The position numbers and the translations under genes were made by a program. The notes under the pieces are model-generated. The model made no database searches. It saw nothing but the letters and a program-made list of their open reading frames with translations, and had not been told where the DNA came from. From Camelus dromedarius (Eukaryota), in NCBI RefSeq assembly GCF_036321535.1, contig NC_087437.1:30072001-30136000 (forward strand): a stretch of 64,000 nucleotides of DNA, given 5' to 3'. Position 1 is the stretch's first letter, and each line of letters opens with the position of its first letter. Of the stretch, positions 1 through 12,330 are shown piece after piece.

Positions 1-134
1 GTAGCTCACAGAGAAAAAAATGTGACAATGAGTATGTATATGTCCACGTATGACTGCAAAATTGTGCTGAACACTGGAATTTGACACAACATTGTAAAAT
101 GATTATAAATCAATAAAAAATTGTTAAAAAAAAA
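1..134 (+). mobile_element. 3' end of camelid-type L1 LINE (cut by window edge)
   Basis: L1 3'UTR end '...gaatttgacacaacattgtaaaatgattataaatcaataaaaaattgttaaaaaaaaa'; close inverted match to 20409-20588. Confidence 0.85.
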
Positions 135-467
135 GACTCTTACTAATTTATCATCAAAGCTCAAGGTTCACTTTAAGTACCAAAACTTCACCAATCATTT
201 TCTCAAAGATGATTACTCTTTCCAGTCCTCTGAAAAATGAATGCCACTCATTTCTCTAGGAGTGGCTTCTCTCTTTGCTCAGTGCTATGGCTTGGCTCTC
301 TAATCTGAACTCTCTGTCCTATAGGAGTATCATTGCCTTGCCTTGAGGTGATTTCTGGAGCATAGTGATGGGGAATATGCTTTATCTCATGTCTTTTGAC
401 AGGAAGGGTAGTTTCCTTATTATTCACTAAGTAAAACAATAACTGAAAGATTCCTTGGTTTATTTTA

Positions 468-653
468 GCAGTTGGCAGACTATGGTCTGATTTTGTAAAT
501 AAAATTTTATTGGAACATAGCCATACCCATTTAAGTTTTTTTTATGGCTGCTTTCAAGCTACAACAACAGAGTTGAGCCCTGAGTAGTTGTGACAGAGAC
601 TGCCAAAAATATTTACTATCCAGCACTTTACAGAAAAAAATTGTTGATCCTTG
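468..653. mobile_element. hAT-Charlie MITE (MER58A-like)
   Basis: 'tttgtaaataaaattttattggaacatagccat...gagtagttgtgacagagac...atatttactatc...tttacagaaaaa'; homologous to 23677-23901. Confidence 0.8.
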
Positions 654-749
654 GTTTATCTAAAACAGGAGCATTTCAATGCAAGGTAACTTTGGTAGAA
701 TGTTTGGGTCATTTGTGAGATTTAGACAAATCCATATCTTATGTATTCC

Positions 750-835
750 AACATATATATATATATGTATATAATATATAATACATTTTATATTTATATG
801 TAAATTATATAATTAACAATAATATAAATAACAAC
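750..835. repeat. AT-rich low-complexity / (TA)n
   Basis: Run of atatat and near-pure A/T sequence. Confidence 0.8.
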
Positions 836-837
836 AA

Positions 838-1062
838 TAATAACAAGAGCTAACACATATTTAGTTCTTATAATGTGTTGGACAGTTTTCTAAGTTATCT
901 ATATGTATTAACTAATTTAATTTCACAATTCTATGATGCAAGTATTAGTTTTAGTCTCATTTTTCAAACAAAGGAACTGTGGCACAGAGAGTAAATAACC
1001 CACCCACCTAAAATTTCATTGCCTGTAAAGAAGAGGTTAGGATTTGAACCCAGGTTATTCCA
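838..1062 (-). mobile_element. MIR SINE
   Basis: Reverse MIR core: 'ggaactgtggcacagagag...ggatttgaacccagg'. Confidence 0.75.
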
Positions 1063-2083
1063 AGACACAACAATGGCTTATAGAGGCAAGATGGTAGTGG
1101 CTTATTTTTCTGCCCTATTCTCTACATTTCTTGCCTTTGCAAACATCCTGTGAGCTTTAATAAATCAGAGGAATTGCTGGGGAAGAGAACTTCTCAGGGC
1201 AATACAAATTTCTGAGGTTCTAACTCAGTAATAGAATGATGCAGATGGCCGCCTATTCTTTCTTTTCATTTAGTATCATTGAGCTCCAAGGGTTTTAAAG
1301 AAATTATCTCAGTAGATCTTACTTCCCTAAGGAGAAGTGAAGTTTTTCCAAACTCAGCTGAGAAGTGCGAGCATAAAAGCAAAATCACTTGTCCAAGACG
1401 ATGCTGTAATTGAGTGACTGAGGTGGAAATTAAATCGACCTTCCTCCTTTTTCTCATTTATTGTCTACTCACTAGGGCAGCAATGTCTTTGGGCTATGTA
1501 GTGAGAAATACCCCAGAGTATCTGAAATGAAAAGGTTATATGTTTATAAAGAGATTTTAAAATCTTGCATGAAAGAGAGACCTGATAGAAACAGGAGTCC
1601 TGCAGAGGTGAAAAGTGGTATCGACCCTCTGGTCACTGTGGTGAAGTTGCAATCTGACAACCTGAATGATTTCTAACTCTCATCAGGCTTGCTTTGATTC
1701 CTTCAACAAGCCACTCAGTCTCGCCTATGGCTCAGTTCCTGTATCTTCATAGACAGGAAAACAATACTTATTATGAAGAAATTTAAAGGCTCATATGAAA
1801 AGCATCATAAAAGTTTAGAATAAATAATGATGAGTTTCTGGTATACTTTTCTCCACAACTGGCAATTTCTTTTGAACTGAAACACCGCCCCATCACCAGC
1901 TCTGGGTTCTCTGGTAGACGACAATAAAGGGGAAGGAGGTGTGGTGAGGCATTTATCTCCTTCCTTTCCTTCCATGTCCCATGCATATCAGAACCACAGA
2001 AGTCCCCAGGCTTCTATGTATCAATTCCATCATAGATGGATATTCGTGTTATTATCAGTTTGGGGCTATTACAAACAAATGCT

Positions 2084-2526
2084 TGTAGATATTACCCTAC
2101 TTGCAAGCTGATAAGTTTGCTTGCTCAGTTTCATGGTGGAAAACAGAAGGTTCTTGGTTCAGAAATAAAGGACTTTATTACTTACAGCAGTAGCAGTAGA
2201 ATATCAGTATTTTCCTGTACCAAGCCCAAATTCCCACGAGGTCACACGGGAGAACCAGGTGACACCTGTACATACAACGGAGGTTGTGTTACAAGAGAGA
2301 AACCCTGAACTAGCTTAGGGAGTGCAAATGGTTTACCATGGGCAGTAAGCATGCCTGCCGTTCACCATGGAGGGAAATACTTCCCTTTCTTCTAAGGTTG
2401 TAAGTAAACCTGCCTTTTACTTTGTTTACAGACATCACTGAAAAGAGAATATAGAAGGACAATCAGAGATTCTGCATGTAAGACAAGCAGAAACACGAGC
2501 TGTGCATGAATAATTACCTCCCAGTA
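2084..2526 (-). mobile_element. ERVL solo LTR (LTR40-like)
   Basis: 'tgtagatattaccctacttgcaagctgataag...aaaggactttattac' and far end 'taattacctcccagta' resemble the LTR40 reverse complement. Confidence 0.65.
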
Positions 2527-2529
2527 GGA

Positions 2530-4720
2530 ACAGGACAAGAATAACTACTATCACTATTACTGTTTAACATACCGCTGCGGGTCCTAGCCAATGCTGTGAG
2601 GGAAAAACGCAGAGACTGAATGGGATGGAAATTAAGAAAGAAAATGATCATTATGTGCAGATGATATAAATATAAACCTAGGAAGCAAAAGAACTTACAG
2701 ACAAATTATTACAACTAAAAAGAGAATTCAATTGTTGGACAAAATACCAATATTTAAAAATCAATAGTAACAACAAACAACTAGAAAATGTAAGAAATAC
2801 TTATTTTCATAATTTCAATCCTTTAAACAGTAAAAATCATGAAACATCTGAGGAATTAATTTAACCCTATTTAATTAATTTAAGCCCTATTTAAAGAAAA
2901 CTTGAAAACTTTAATAAAAGGCCATAGAAGATGATCTAAATAAATGGAGAGATATTCTATGATTCTGGATAAAATGAGTTAGTATCAAAGTGATACAAAT
3001 TCTTTCTAAATTTCTAAATATATTTAATGCAATCCCAATTAAATTTCTAATTAAATTTCTTGAAGAACTCAATAAACTTAAAATTTATTTGAAAAAACAG
3101 AGGTCATGAAGATCTAAGTCACTGTTATAAAAAAGAAGTAAAACATACAATGAAGCCATTGTTCTAAAGGTAGCATGACATGAGTACAAGAACACATGAA
3201 CTACCAGTCAATAGAACAGAGTTCAGAGACAAGTCTTTGTATATATGACAATTTATGTCACAAACATGGCCCCATGAAAGACGAGCTGTAGAATAGGTGA
3301 TGGCTTATTTTATGGAGAAAAATAAAAATGGATTCTGACATTGTACCATATGTAAAGGTAATTTTAGATGGGTCAAAGATCTAAATATAAAAGACAAACT
3401 ATTAACTTCTTTGTAATCCAGGGCAGTGAAGGTCTTATTAATTAAAACTGAAAACATACAAATTATAATGTAAAAATATTGATGAAGCTTTTTTACATCA
3501 AAATTAAGAATTTCTGCTAAAAAAACCCCAAATATCATGGACAAAGTTTGTGGAGAGATAACAAAAGGAAAGAATATTTTTGAAATTACTAAAACTAAAG
3601 AAAAACAGTAGAAGCTTAATATCTATTAAAAGAAATAGCTTTAACTGTAACTGATGTATTTCACTTAACATAAAGTTTCATCTAAATTGTCACATATTGT
3701 AAAGATTTCTTTTTTAAGGCTGAATAACATTCCATTGTGTATATATATGTGTGTGTGCGTGTGTATGTGTATATATATGTGTATCATATTTTCTTTATCT
3801 GTTTCTCTTCCAATAAACATTTAGTTTGTTTCTACATATTGGCTATTGTGAATAGTGCTTCAGTGAACATGGGAGTGCTAACATCGCTTCAAAATCGCTA
3901 ACAATACTGTATTACACACTTAAACATTTGTTAAGGGGATAAATTTCATGTTAAGTGTTTTTTACTGCAATAAAATAAAATTTAAAAAACAAAGAGAAAA
4001 GGAATAGCTCTAATTCAACAGTCAGAGGACAGCCATCTCAGTGGAAAACTGGGTAAGAGATATGAACAGGCAGTTTATCAAAAAGGAAATCCTAAAAATA
4101 CAAAGAATTGCAAAAAAAAAAAAAAGAAATTTAAAACTGATATTTCACCCCTATTGAAGTGACAAAAATAAGAAAGTTGAATGATGCCAAAGTTTAGCAG
4201 AGATATGGAAATACAAAAACATTTCTGCATTGCTGGTGAAAGTATACAATGGTGCAAACATTCTGGAAAAACACTCCTCAGTAGATTAAGGAAATTCATA
4301 CCCATAATCTGGTAATTGTATGAAGTGTTCACAACTAGTCATATGTGGACATATAACAGTGTGTTCATTATAGTCTTAGCTGTTCGAGTGCTAAGTTGGA
4401 GATAACCTGAGTGCCCCAAACTAGAAGAGAAGATATGTAGAATATGGTGGATGCACATGTGCAGCAGTGATAGGTACTGGTGAGTTTGTACACAGAGCAG
4501 TATGGATAGATCTTAGGAACTTTGGTATGAAAAAATTAAGAAACAAAAGGGAAATATATGGTAAAATATTACTTACATATGTTAGAAATAAATGCATGTA
4601 AATCATTGCCTCACATTTTGTAAGAACATATACAAATAAAAGTGTAAATATTAAAGCAATAGGTTGGATCCCTAAGGGGTAAGGGAAATGGGAATGGGGT
4701 ATAGAAATAAAGGGAAAAAA
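2530..4720 (+). mobile_element. Old decayed L1 (ORF2 3' part and 3'UTR), interrupted at 3641-3996
   Basis: A-rich L1 ORF2-like text, e.g. 'tatgtgcagatgatataaat', 'taaatggagagatattctatgattctggat', 'tttaatgcaatcccaatt'. Confidence 0.8.
3641..3996. mobile_element. 5'-inverted L1 (L1MA/MB-like) insertion with TSD
   Basis: About 3645-3890 is L1 3'UTR in minus orientation, 3896-3996 is the L1 end with A-tail in plus orientation; flanked by aaaagaaatagct (3628-3640) and aaaaggaatagct (3997-4009). Confidence 0.7.
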
Positions 4721-5104
4721 AAAGAAAAAATATTTTATCTGGGTTTCCAAATATATTGGCATGGAGTTGAGCAAATCATTCTCTAATAATTCCTACAACT
4801 TTCCTTTATCTTGGCTACTTCTCTTAATCTAAGTTCCATTTTGAATATTCGTGTTTTGGCATTTTTCTATTTTAATTTGATTGCATTAAGCAATCTATTT
4901 TATTGCTTTATTCAAAGTACCAGCTTCCGGATTTGTTTACCAATTCACTGTTTTTCTTCTTTTTAACTCATTCAATTAAAAAATTTATTTGTATTTTTTA
5001 ACTTTTTGGGTTGCATAATTAGTTAATTCCCTTTATTCTTGTTTTAGCAATGTGAATGCTTAAGGATATATATATAATTTAGCTATAACAGAGTATAGGT
5101 TACA

Positions 5105-5105
<1 letters not shown>

Positions 5106-5135
<30 letters not shown>

Positions 5136-5136
5136 G
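5106..5136. repeat. (TTA)n microsatellite
   Basis: attattattattatt attattattattatt. Confidence 0.9.
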
Positions 5137-5243
5137 TTTATTTTTATGAGCGAACATCCAGATATAAAATTTTTAATGAGCCAACATCAGTATTTTTGAT
5201 TTTTTTTCTTTTGCCTCAGGCTCCAGGCTCCTCTGGGCACTTC

Positions 5244-5379
5244 CTTTTTTTTTTTTTAATTTCTTTTTGGCAGGGGGAGGTAATTAGGTTTATTTATATT
5301 TAGAGGAGATACTGGGGATTGAACCCATGACCTCGTGCATGCTAAGCTGTGCTCTACTGCTTGAGCTATACCTTCCCCC
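5244..5379 (-). mobile_element. Camelid tRNA-derived SINE (Vic-1 type)
   Basis: Minus strand reads GGGGAAGGTATAGCTCAAGCAGTAGAG (A box)...GGGTTCAATCCCCAG (B box), then AT-rich body and poly-A. Confidence 0.85.
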
Positions 5380-6200
5380 AAGGCTTTGTATTATTAAAAT
5401 ATAATGTATAATATATATTATTATTATCTATACTCCATTATAGGTAAATCTCTTAGGTTCTAAACTGGAGTGAGAACAGAAGTATTAGACTGTATGTGCT
5501 AGAACAAGATGATATTTTCCATCTGTGAATATATTGTTGTCTGTGGGACAATAGTTCTGGAGTAAAGTAGCACCTCCTCTTTTGGGCTCAGATGAATGTT
5601 GCTCCTCCATTTCCAACTATGTGGATGTGCTTATATCACTGAATGACCATCAAATTAGAATCTTATTCTAATTTCAATGACAAATCCTATTACGGCACTC
5701 ATAGGATTTGTCTGCTTCTTGAAAATGAGTAACTTCCTGTTTTGGGTTTTGATCATTTCCTTGGCGTTTTCCCTGGCTACGGGGAACACTAAAGTCTTCT
5801 TAGATGCCTCCTCATAAAACAGACAGCAGATTTGCATGTAATGTAATGAGCAACACAGGAGAGGAAGTTGAAGGTGAACACAGGGGTTCATATTACTTTC
5901 ATTATCATTATTTTCTAAATTATATGCAATTTGGACTGTTTTTCACCTAGAGTTTTCATTTTAATTTCCAGGTGGGAGAATTTTAAAAATATTTTTTAAC
6001 ATACTTTCTAGGTTTATAATATTGGATGAGGGAAAATGACCAATATTATTTTTAAATTTTGGAGTGAATTTAAGTTTTCTTAGTGGTATAATGTTTGGTT
6101 CATTTTCACAAAAACTCCATGGGTACATAAAAAGAAGATACATCCTCTGTTTGAAGATACAACACTTAAGGCTTTCATATAACTCTGCTATGGACCACAA

Positions 6201-6584
6201 TGTTAAAAGATAAACTGAGGCATATTAAAATTTTTGAATTTGAGTAAAATAATTTCTTTCTTTTTTCCTTTTAACAGAGGCACTGAGGATTGAATCGAGT
6301 GAAAATTATCTGAATTTGGCAGTGCCAAACCAGAAGTAGTGAGGAGTGCTTCATTAGCAGGAGCAGGGGGAACTATTTATACAGAGAAAGTGCAGAAGCA
6401 AAGAAAGGAAATTATTGATAGGCTATAGCTTAAAGCCTAGTTGACTGCTTGAGATTGGTTGTCCTTAGGTATCAATTTTGCAACCTTGAGGCACTTACAG
6501 GCTTAGATCTTGGTTTGCTTATGTAGACCACCATGGCATTAGAGCCGTTTCCATCTAATGCCTCTTTGTTTAATTGATTTAACA
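6201..6584. mobile_element. Solo ERV LTR (probably ERV1 class) containing a short SINE 3' fragment at ~6253-6297
   Basis: Inverted termini tgttaaa...tttaaca; flanks acaa/acag resemble a 4-bp TSD. Confidence 0.7.
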
Positions 6585-7619
6585 ACAGACGTGTGTTTGC
6601 TCTTGTCACCCTCCCACTACCTCCAGTACAAAATTCCCTGCACTGGACAACTTCATTAAAGATGGAGTTTCATTCCCTATTTTTTCATTCCCCTTTCCTG
6701 AGGAAGGAGTAGTTGGTTTTGTAAAGGAGAGCTGAGTAGAAATACATTTTCACCACTATCATTGATTGGAAGTCCTTCTAATAAACACTTTAAAGAACAG
6801 TTTGAAGATAATAATGATCACGAAACACAACTTAAATATACAGAACTCAAGGATTTACTTGCTTCAAGTGAAAGGAAAGAGCCTATGTTGTTCTCATGTC
6901 CTAGAGTAAAAATTTTAAAATACTTGACAGGATTTCTACCAATTCTGTCTTTATACTGGAATTCTTGGAATATTCTTAGAGGATTGTCAGAATGAAGCCT
7001 GAAATATTACTTTATAGAGTTTAGTTTTAATGGGATTTGGCCTATTAAAAAAACTAATATTTGTGTTTCATAAATACTTATAATATAGCCAATGAATAGT
7101 ATCAGTTGGTAAGAGAACTGATTAATATTAAGCATAAAAATGGATTTTAATATGCACTGGTAATGAATAAATAGTTCTATAAATAATGATTATAAAAGAG
7201 CAAAGGAAAATCTTCATGATGACTTTCTCTTCTCTCAGGACCACCTGGTAAGAAGACTTCAGATTGTATTTTGTCATGCATAGAGTAGGCACTCAATAAA
7301 TATTTATTTTACTGAGTTGAACTAAGATGCCCTTGTATACAAAGAAAAAAAGATGAAAAAACAAAGGTAGAGTCACAGCATCCTGTCACATTAGATCAGA
7401 TCCTCAATCTCTCTGAGAAGAATGTGAGTATCCTGCATGCAGCTTGAAGGTGACATTGAGAGGGGTCTTTAATACATTCTAAATAAAAGAATCTTGAAGA
7501 AACTAGGTATGGAAAGTCTGGGAAAGAAACATTTTTAGGGTTTTGATGATAAAAATTGTAATAGCTTGCACTTATTAAATGGTTATTATGTGCTAGAGTG
7601 TCTTCCAAGTGCTTTACTT

Positions 7620-7960
7620 ATGATAGCCATCTCTGAACATTTATGGGGTTTTCATGTGGAACTGGGATTAGATTTATCTTTGATTCTCTATATGGAGAAA
7701 TAGGACTTAGCTGTAGAAATTAGAAAGAGACAGATTTAAAGTGAATATATGAATTTTTTAAAGAACCCATGGGAACTCCTTGAAATTCAAATGAAGCTCT
7801 CCTGAAGCAGTGAGATTCCTTATCTTGGGAAGTGTCCAAAGAGCATCTGGGTTCCCACTGGCCTGGAACATTTTAGAGACAATTCATAATTTCAGTTGAA
7901 GGTTAGACTGAATGACACAGAAAGCCTCTTCCAATTCTGAAAAAAATCTATGATTCTAGA
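7620..7960 (+). mobile_element. L3/CR1 LINE 3' end
   Basis: 'gcagtgagattccttatcttgggaagtgtccaaag...gaaggttagactgaatgac...ttccaattctg...ctatgattcta' typical of the CR1/L3 tail. Confidence 0.7.
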
Positions 7961-10224
7961 ATCCATTTCTTGGATTTCATTAAAGAAAGCAATGCATCTT
8001 TAGACATAGAAATACAAGCTTTCAGCTGAGGTGTTGATGTTATCAGTAAATTTACACTTATTTTACAAGATTCTGGGACACATGTTACAGTAATAAAGTT
8101 TCAGGCTGGTTAACATTTGATGAATATAAGCCCCAAAATACACTTGTCTCTCTCAAATACATCTTTAGAAGAGAGTTTTACCATACTGCTAGCATAGCCA
8201 TTAACTAACATACAACTCCCATCAGTTTATTGAAAAGACAGCAAACATACTATATGGCTATGAAGTGTTATTTCTATAGCTCCACTTGTCTACAATTAAA
8301 TACATGCAATATACAAAACTTCTAGATCTTTAGGGTGTTTCTCTCTCTATCTCCCTGTCTTTCTCTCTCTTTTTGTTTCTCATGTAGCTCTTCCAAACAC
8401 AAAATTCCCTTTTAGGAACTTATGGAAATATGAATGACACAGAGGCAAAAATATAACTAGAACTTTTTGTTTTCTCTGAAGGATTACAGAAATGGTCTCT
8501 TTATCTTTTTGTTACACTCCAGCACCCTTAAACGATGATGCGCCTCAGTATTTTTCTCTACATAGCTCTTAATTTTTTTTTATTTGTAAAGTGACTTACA
8601 GGTTACTAACCAATTTCACTACATTGTGAACATGTTTACTCTTGTGTTAGTACAGTCAATTTAACAGTTACCAATGTTCACTATCATTTGCCTTTTGCAT
8701 GTGAAACAGACCCTTAACATTTGCAGTACCTACATTTCAAAATTTTCAATATGTACACAACAGTAATTTACTAAGACATATACTAAGATAATTCCCCCAA
8801 AGAAATGTTTTCTGGACAGGAACTATGTATCTCTTTTTGAGAAGATTATGATTCTCTCCACTTGAATCACCATCATGAGCATCTGATTCTCTTTCAGAGG
8901 ACATTTTTAATAGAGAACAATGTTTTTAAGATTATGAGTAGGTAACAACAAAACTGTTGTAGAGCTTGAGATGCTGTGTGTTCAACTAGATTTATTTACT
9001 AGCTTAATGTCTCACTCCTACACAAAAGACTCATGTACCAACTGGGCAAAACTATCAGCAAATTAGTATGTGGCATAAACCTTCTGGATTGCTTAGAAAT
9101 ACTCAGTATGATAAATGTTGCATTGAGAATGACAAGCCCCAGCTCTATGTGAAGCAAGAACTGGCTTACAGTTGCTGGAAACTAGTTTCATGTTTGCAGT
9201 GTTTATCTGAAGTCGATGTTGACAGCAGACACATGATATTTTGTGGGGCATTAGAGATCTTGATAACATGGATAACATCCCTTTTGGAGTTAGCAGAATA
9301 AAGAACTGGTTTCTACCTTAACTCTGTGGTTCTGAGGCTATACCTTTTATGGCCCAATAGTAGCTGGGCTGTAAGTAATTTTTGACGGAGACTCTGGATG
9401 CTTGCCTGTGCTTTGGAAGTATGGCTTGAGCGCTTTAGAATCTAATGAAGTATTTCTCTGAAGCAATCAAGAGCTCTAGTATGAAGAACTTTTCTGCCAA
9501 CTGAGACTTCATTTAACAATCAGAGATAGCACACTGGGGACATAGTAGGTTTTGTGGTAAAAATCTCAAATAACTGATGTCTTTCTGCAAAGAGCTAGAT
9601 TGATCGCCTGGAGGCACTGAGCCTTTGTGAACCAAATAAATAGATAAATCAGTTCTCACCATTTAAACCTGAGTTTGACACAAATTCCTAGGTGTACTTT
9701 GTGCAATTTGCATTGAAAGATGCAAGTCATAGAACTGTGACTCATTCTTCTTACCTACCCACTTCAGAGTTAGTGGTTGAGCTTTGTGTTTGTTCTGTTT
9801 TGTTTTTTGTAAGTCTAGAGAGCAACTATAACTCAGATGAAAGGTACAGCCTTATAAGTTTTACTAATAAATTGCTCAAGAACTAAATAGGTGTTATAAT
9901 GTTTTCAAGCTAGTTTCTACAAAGACTTTAGACAGCGTTAGGATTTTCATAGCATGTTGCTATTACAGCGCTGTGATGGGTGACTCAAAGTTAAAAATAA
10001 ATTTGGTCTAGTGCATTAAGCTCTATTTTTTAGTGATTATCCTAAACTGGGTGTCAGTCCATGTCACTACAAATGAAAATCTAAAACACAGAATGAATTT
10101 CAGGAGTAGATAGTATTTTTGCACACAGAAAGGAGATACAGTATCCCCACAAAATAGCTCCATGAATTGAAAAGAGAGTATTTTATTTTTCCTTGGACGA
10201 GCTTAAATTTTCAGTCTGCTGTTA

Positions 10225-10380
10225 GAATCAAAGAACTACAGAACTGCAAATGACCTTTCAGATCATTAGTCAGTGTCTTACTTTGGAGAGGAGGAAACTG
10301 AGGCTTCGAAAAGCTAGGTGACTCATTCAAAGATAGGAGCTAGCTAATGGCAGAGCTGGCCCTGATTCCAAGTCCATCAA
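10225..10380 (-). mobile_element. MIR SINE
   Basis: 'gaggaggaaactgaggct...ggtgactcattcaaag...gctaatggcagagctgg'. Confidence 0.7.
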
Positions 10381-11034
10381 GCCTTAAATAATGCTTTAAT
10401 TTTTTGGCAGCATTTCTGAGATTTTGAAATTGCCCTATTCTTCTGCTAGGCTAATGAAAGCTGTCTCACAATGACTTTCTGGTTGTCCAAGTTTTTTTCC
10501 CTCTTCCACTCCAAATGTCAGTCCCAACCTCGTTTCCCTGCCTCTGCCCCTCCCAGAATCTGACAGATCCTTCTGTAGGCCCAGACCCACCTGATTTTCT
10601 GGCTAGAGCTGAATGAAGTAAGATGTGTAGTATAGTCTCGTTTATCTTCTACCATCATTTAGCGACTTGTTGGCTTAAACCATGATCCCAAAAGGTTATT
10701 TCCTCCTGGAAGATACCATATGAGATCTTATTTTCTATATAAAGTAAAAATTAATAAATGAAATGAAGAATTCATCATTATTTCATTTATTCAATGAATA
10801 TTTATTGAGTAATTACCATGGGTTAGGCATTGTGCTAGAAAGTGAGAATACAAAGATGAGTACATGTCTTGAAGACCTTGGCAGTCTAGTTACAGGGGTT
10901 GCAATGTTGCAGATGTCTCCTAGAGGCACAAGGGAGGCTCACCTGATGCAAATTATCTTCCTCATACTAGGAAGCCCTTGACTTGCCTCTTGGTTTACAC
11001 CAAATGTTCTATGCAAATCTTTAAAAAAATTTTA

Positions 11035-11265
11035 TTTGACACTTACATGGCACTTACCATGTGCCAGGCACTGTTCCAAGAACTTTACAATTATTAATGC
11101 ATTCAATCCTCAGTCAGTCCTAAGAGGTAGCTTCTATTATTATTCCCACTAAAAGACGGGGAAGCTGAGGCACAGAGAAGTTAAGTAAGTTGCCTAAGTC
11201 CAACAGAGCTAGCAAGTGGTGAAGCTAGGATTTGAAACCAGGTAGCCTGTGTACTTAACCACTAC
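11035..11265 (-). mobile_element. MIR SINE
   Basis: 'gcacttaccatgtgccaggcactgttc...gaagctgaggcacagagaagttaagtaagttgcctaag...ggatttgaaaccagg'. Confidence 0.85.
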
Positions 11266-11429
11266 ATGAAGGATGTGGGCTAAACAAAGAGGGAGCACTG
11301 ATGAATTCAGAGATATAGTTAGTCTGGGAAAATGGTAACAAGACTTTTCCTCAAATCTTCCCCTTTCCTTGGTGAGTATCAGCTCTATCCACTCAGCCTC
11401 CCCACCAGAACCAGCAGGCGACCACAGTG

Positions 11430-11770
11430 CACACACACTGAAATCACCTCGGAAAACGTTTAAGAATCCTGTTATTTGGGTCATAGGCTGGCCCAACGAA
11501 ACCAGCATCGCTGGGGTGGGAGTTTTCCTTTTCTAAGCGTCCCAGGCAATTCTCACGTGCAGCTATTTTTGAGAACCAATAAGCTGCAGGTGTTTTCCAA
11601 ACTTCAGCATGCATCAGAATCACCTGGGGTGGGGGGCTTCTTAAACACGGAGCACTGGGCCTAATATCCAGGATTTCTTATTCAGAACGGCTGGAGTCAG
11701 GTCTGAGAATTTATATTTCTTAAAAGTTCCCAGGAGATGTTGATGCTGCATTTCCGTTAGCCACTTCTCT
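11430..11770. mobile_element. Two adjacent MER5-type hAT-Charlie MITE remnants
   Basis: 'caggtgttttccaaacttcagcatgcatcagaatcacctgggg...tgagaatttatatttcttaaaagttcccaggagatgttgatgctgc'; upstream 'ttttctaagcgtcccagg...tttgagaacca'. Confidence 0.7.
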
Positions 11771-11789
11771 TACTCCATCCCCCTGTTTT

Positions 11790-12330
11790 TGCTCACTCAG
11801 TCTCCTGAATCCTGCCTTCCAAATGTCCTCACATCTGACTTTCCTCTCCGTTTACCTGTCTGTCCTAATTCTCCCCTCTTAGAGGTATCTTTCTTCCTGT
11901 GTTCTCGCTTCCAGTCTCACCAACTCCAACCCATTTGCACACTGCTGCCAGAGTAATCTTTCTAAAAATACGTGTATTATGTGGCCATGACTCTACAAGT
12001 TTGAATTATTAATTTGCAGTGTGTAATCTAATGGCTCTCTTTTACAGGCAACTGTGCTTCTCCTACTTACTCTCTATTCTCCTCAACTCTCCTTACTCCT
12101 GCCCCCTGAGAAAATCTCAGCACCTCTTTTCCACCTTGCACGGTATTGAGTATGTGCCTTTGTCAACACGTTTATTATATCATCCAGTGGTTCTGTGGTC
12201 AGAGGTCTTCTCTTCTTCACTGTGCACTCTAGGAGGGGAACGGTACTGTGTCTTGTTTGTCATTGTATACTGAGGATCTAGAACAGTGCTTGGAGAAGGG
12301 AAGAGTCTGATGAGTATCTGCCAAGTCAGT
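11790..12330 (+). mobile_element. L2 LINE fragment
   Basis: Pyrimidine-rich L2 text 'cacactgctgccagagtaatctttctaaaa', 'tctagaacagtgcttgg'. Confidence 0.6.

Noticed and set aside
5300..5379. tRNA-like A/B boxes (also at 18780-18851)
   Set aside because: Followed by a SINE body and poly-A, and the second copy has a TSD; these are SINE heads, not tRNA genes.
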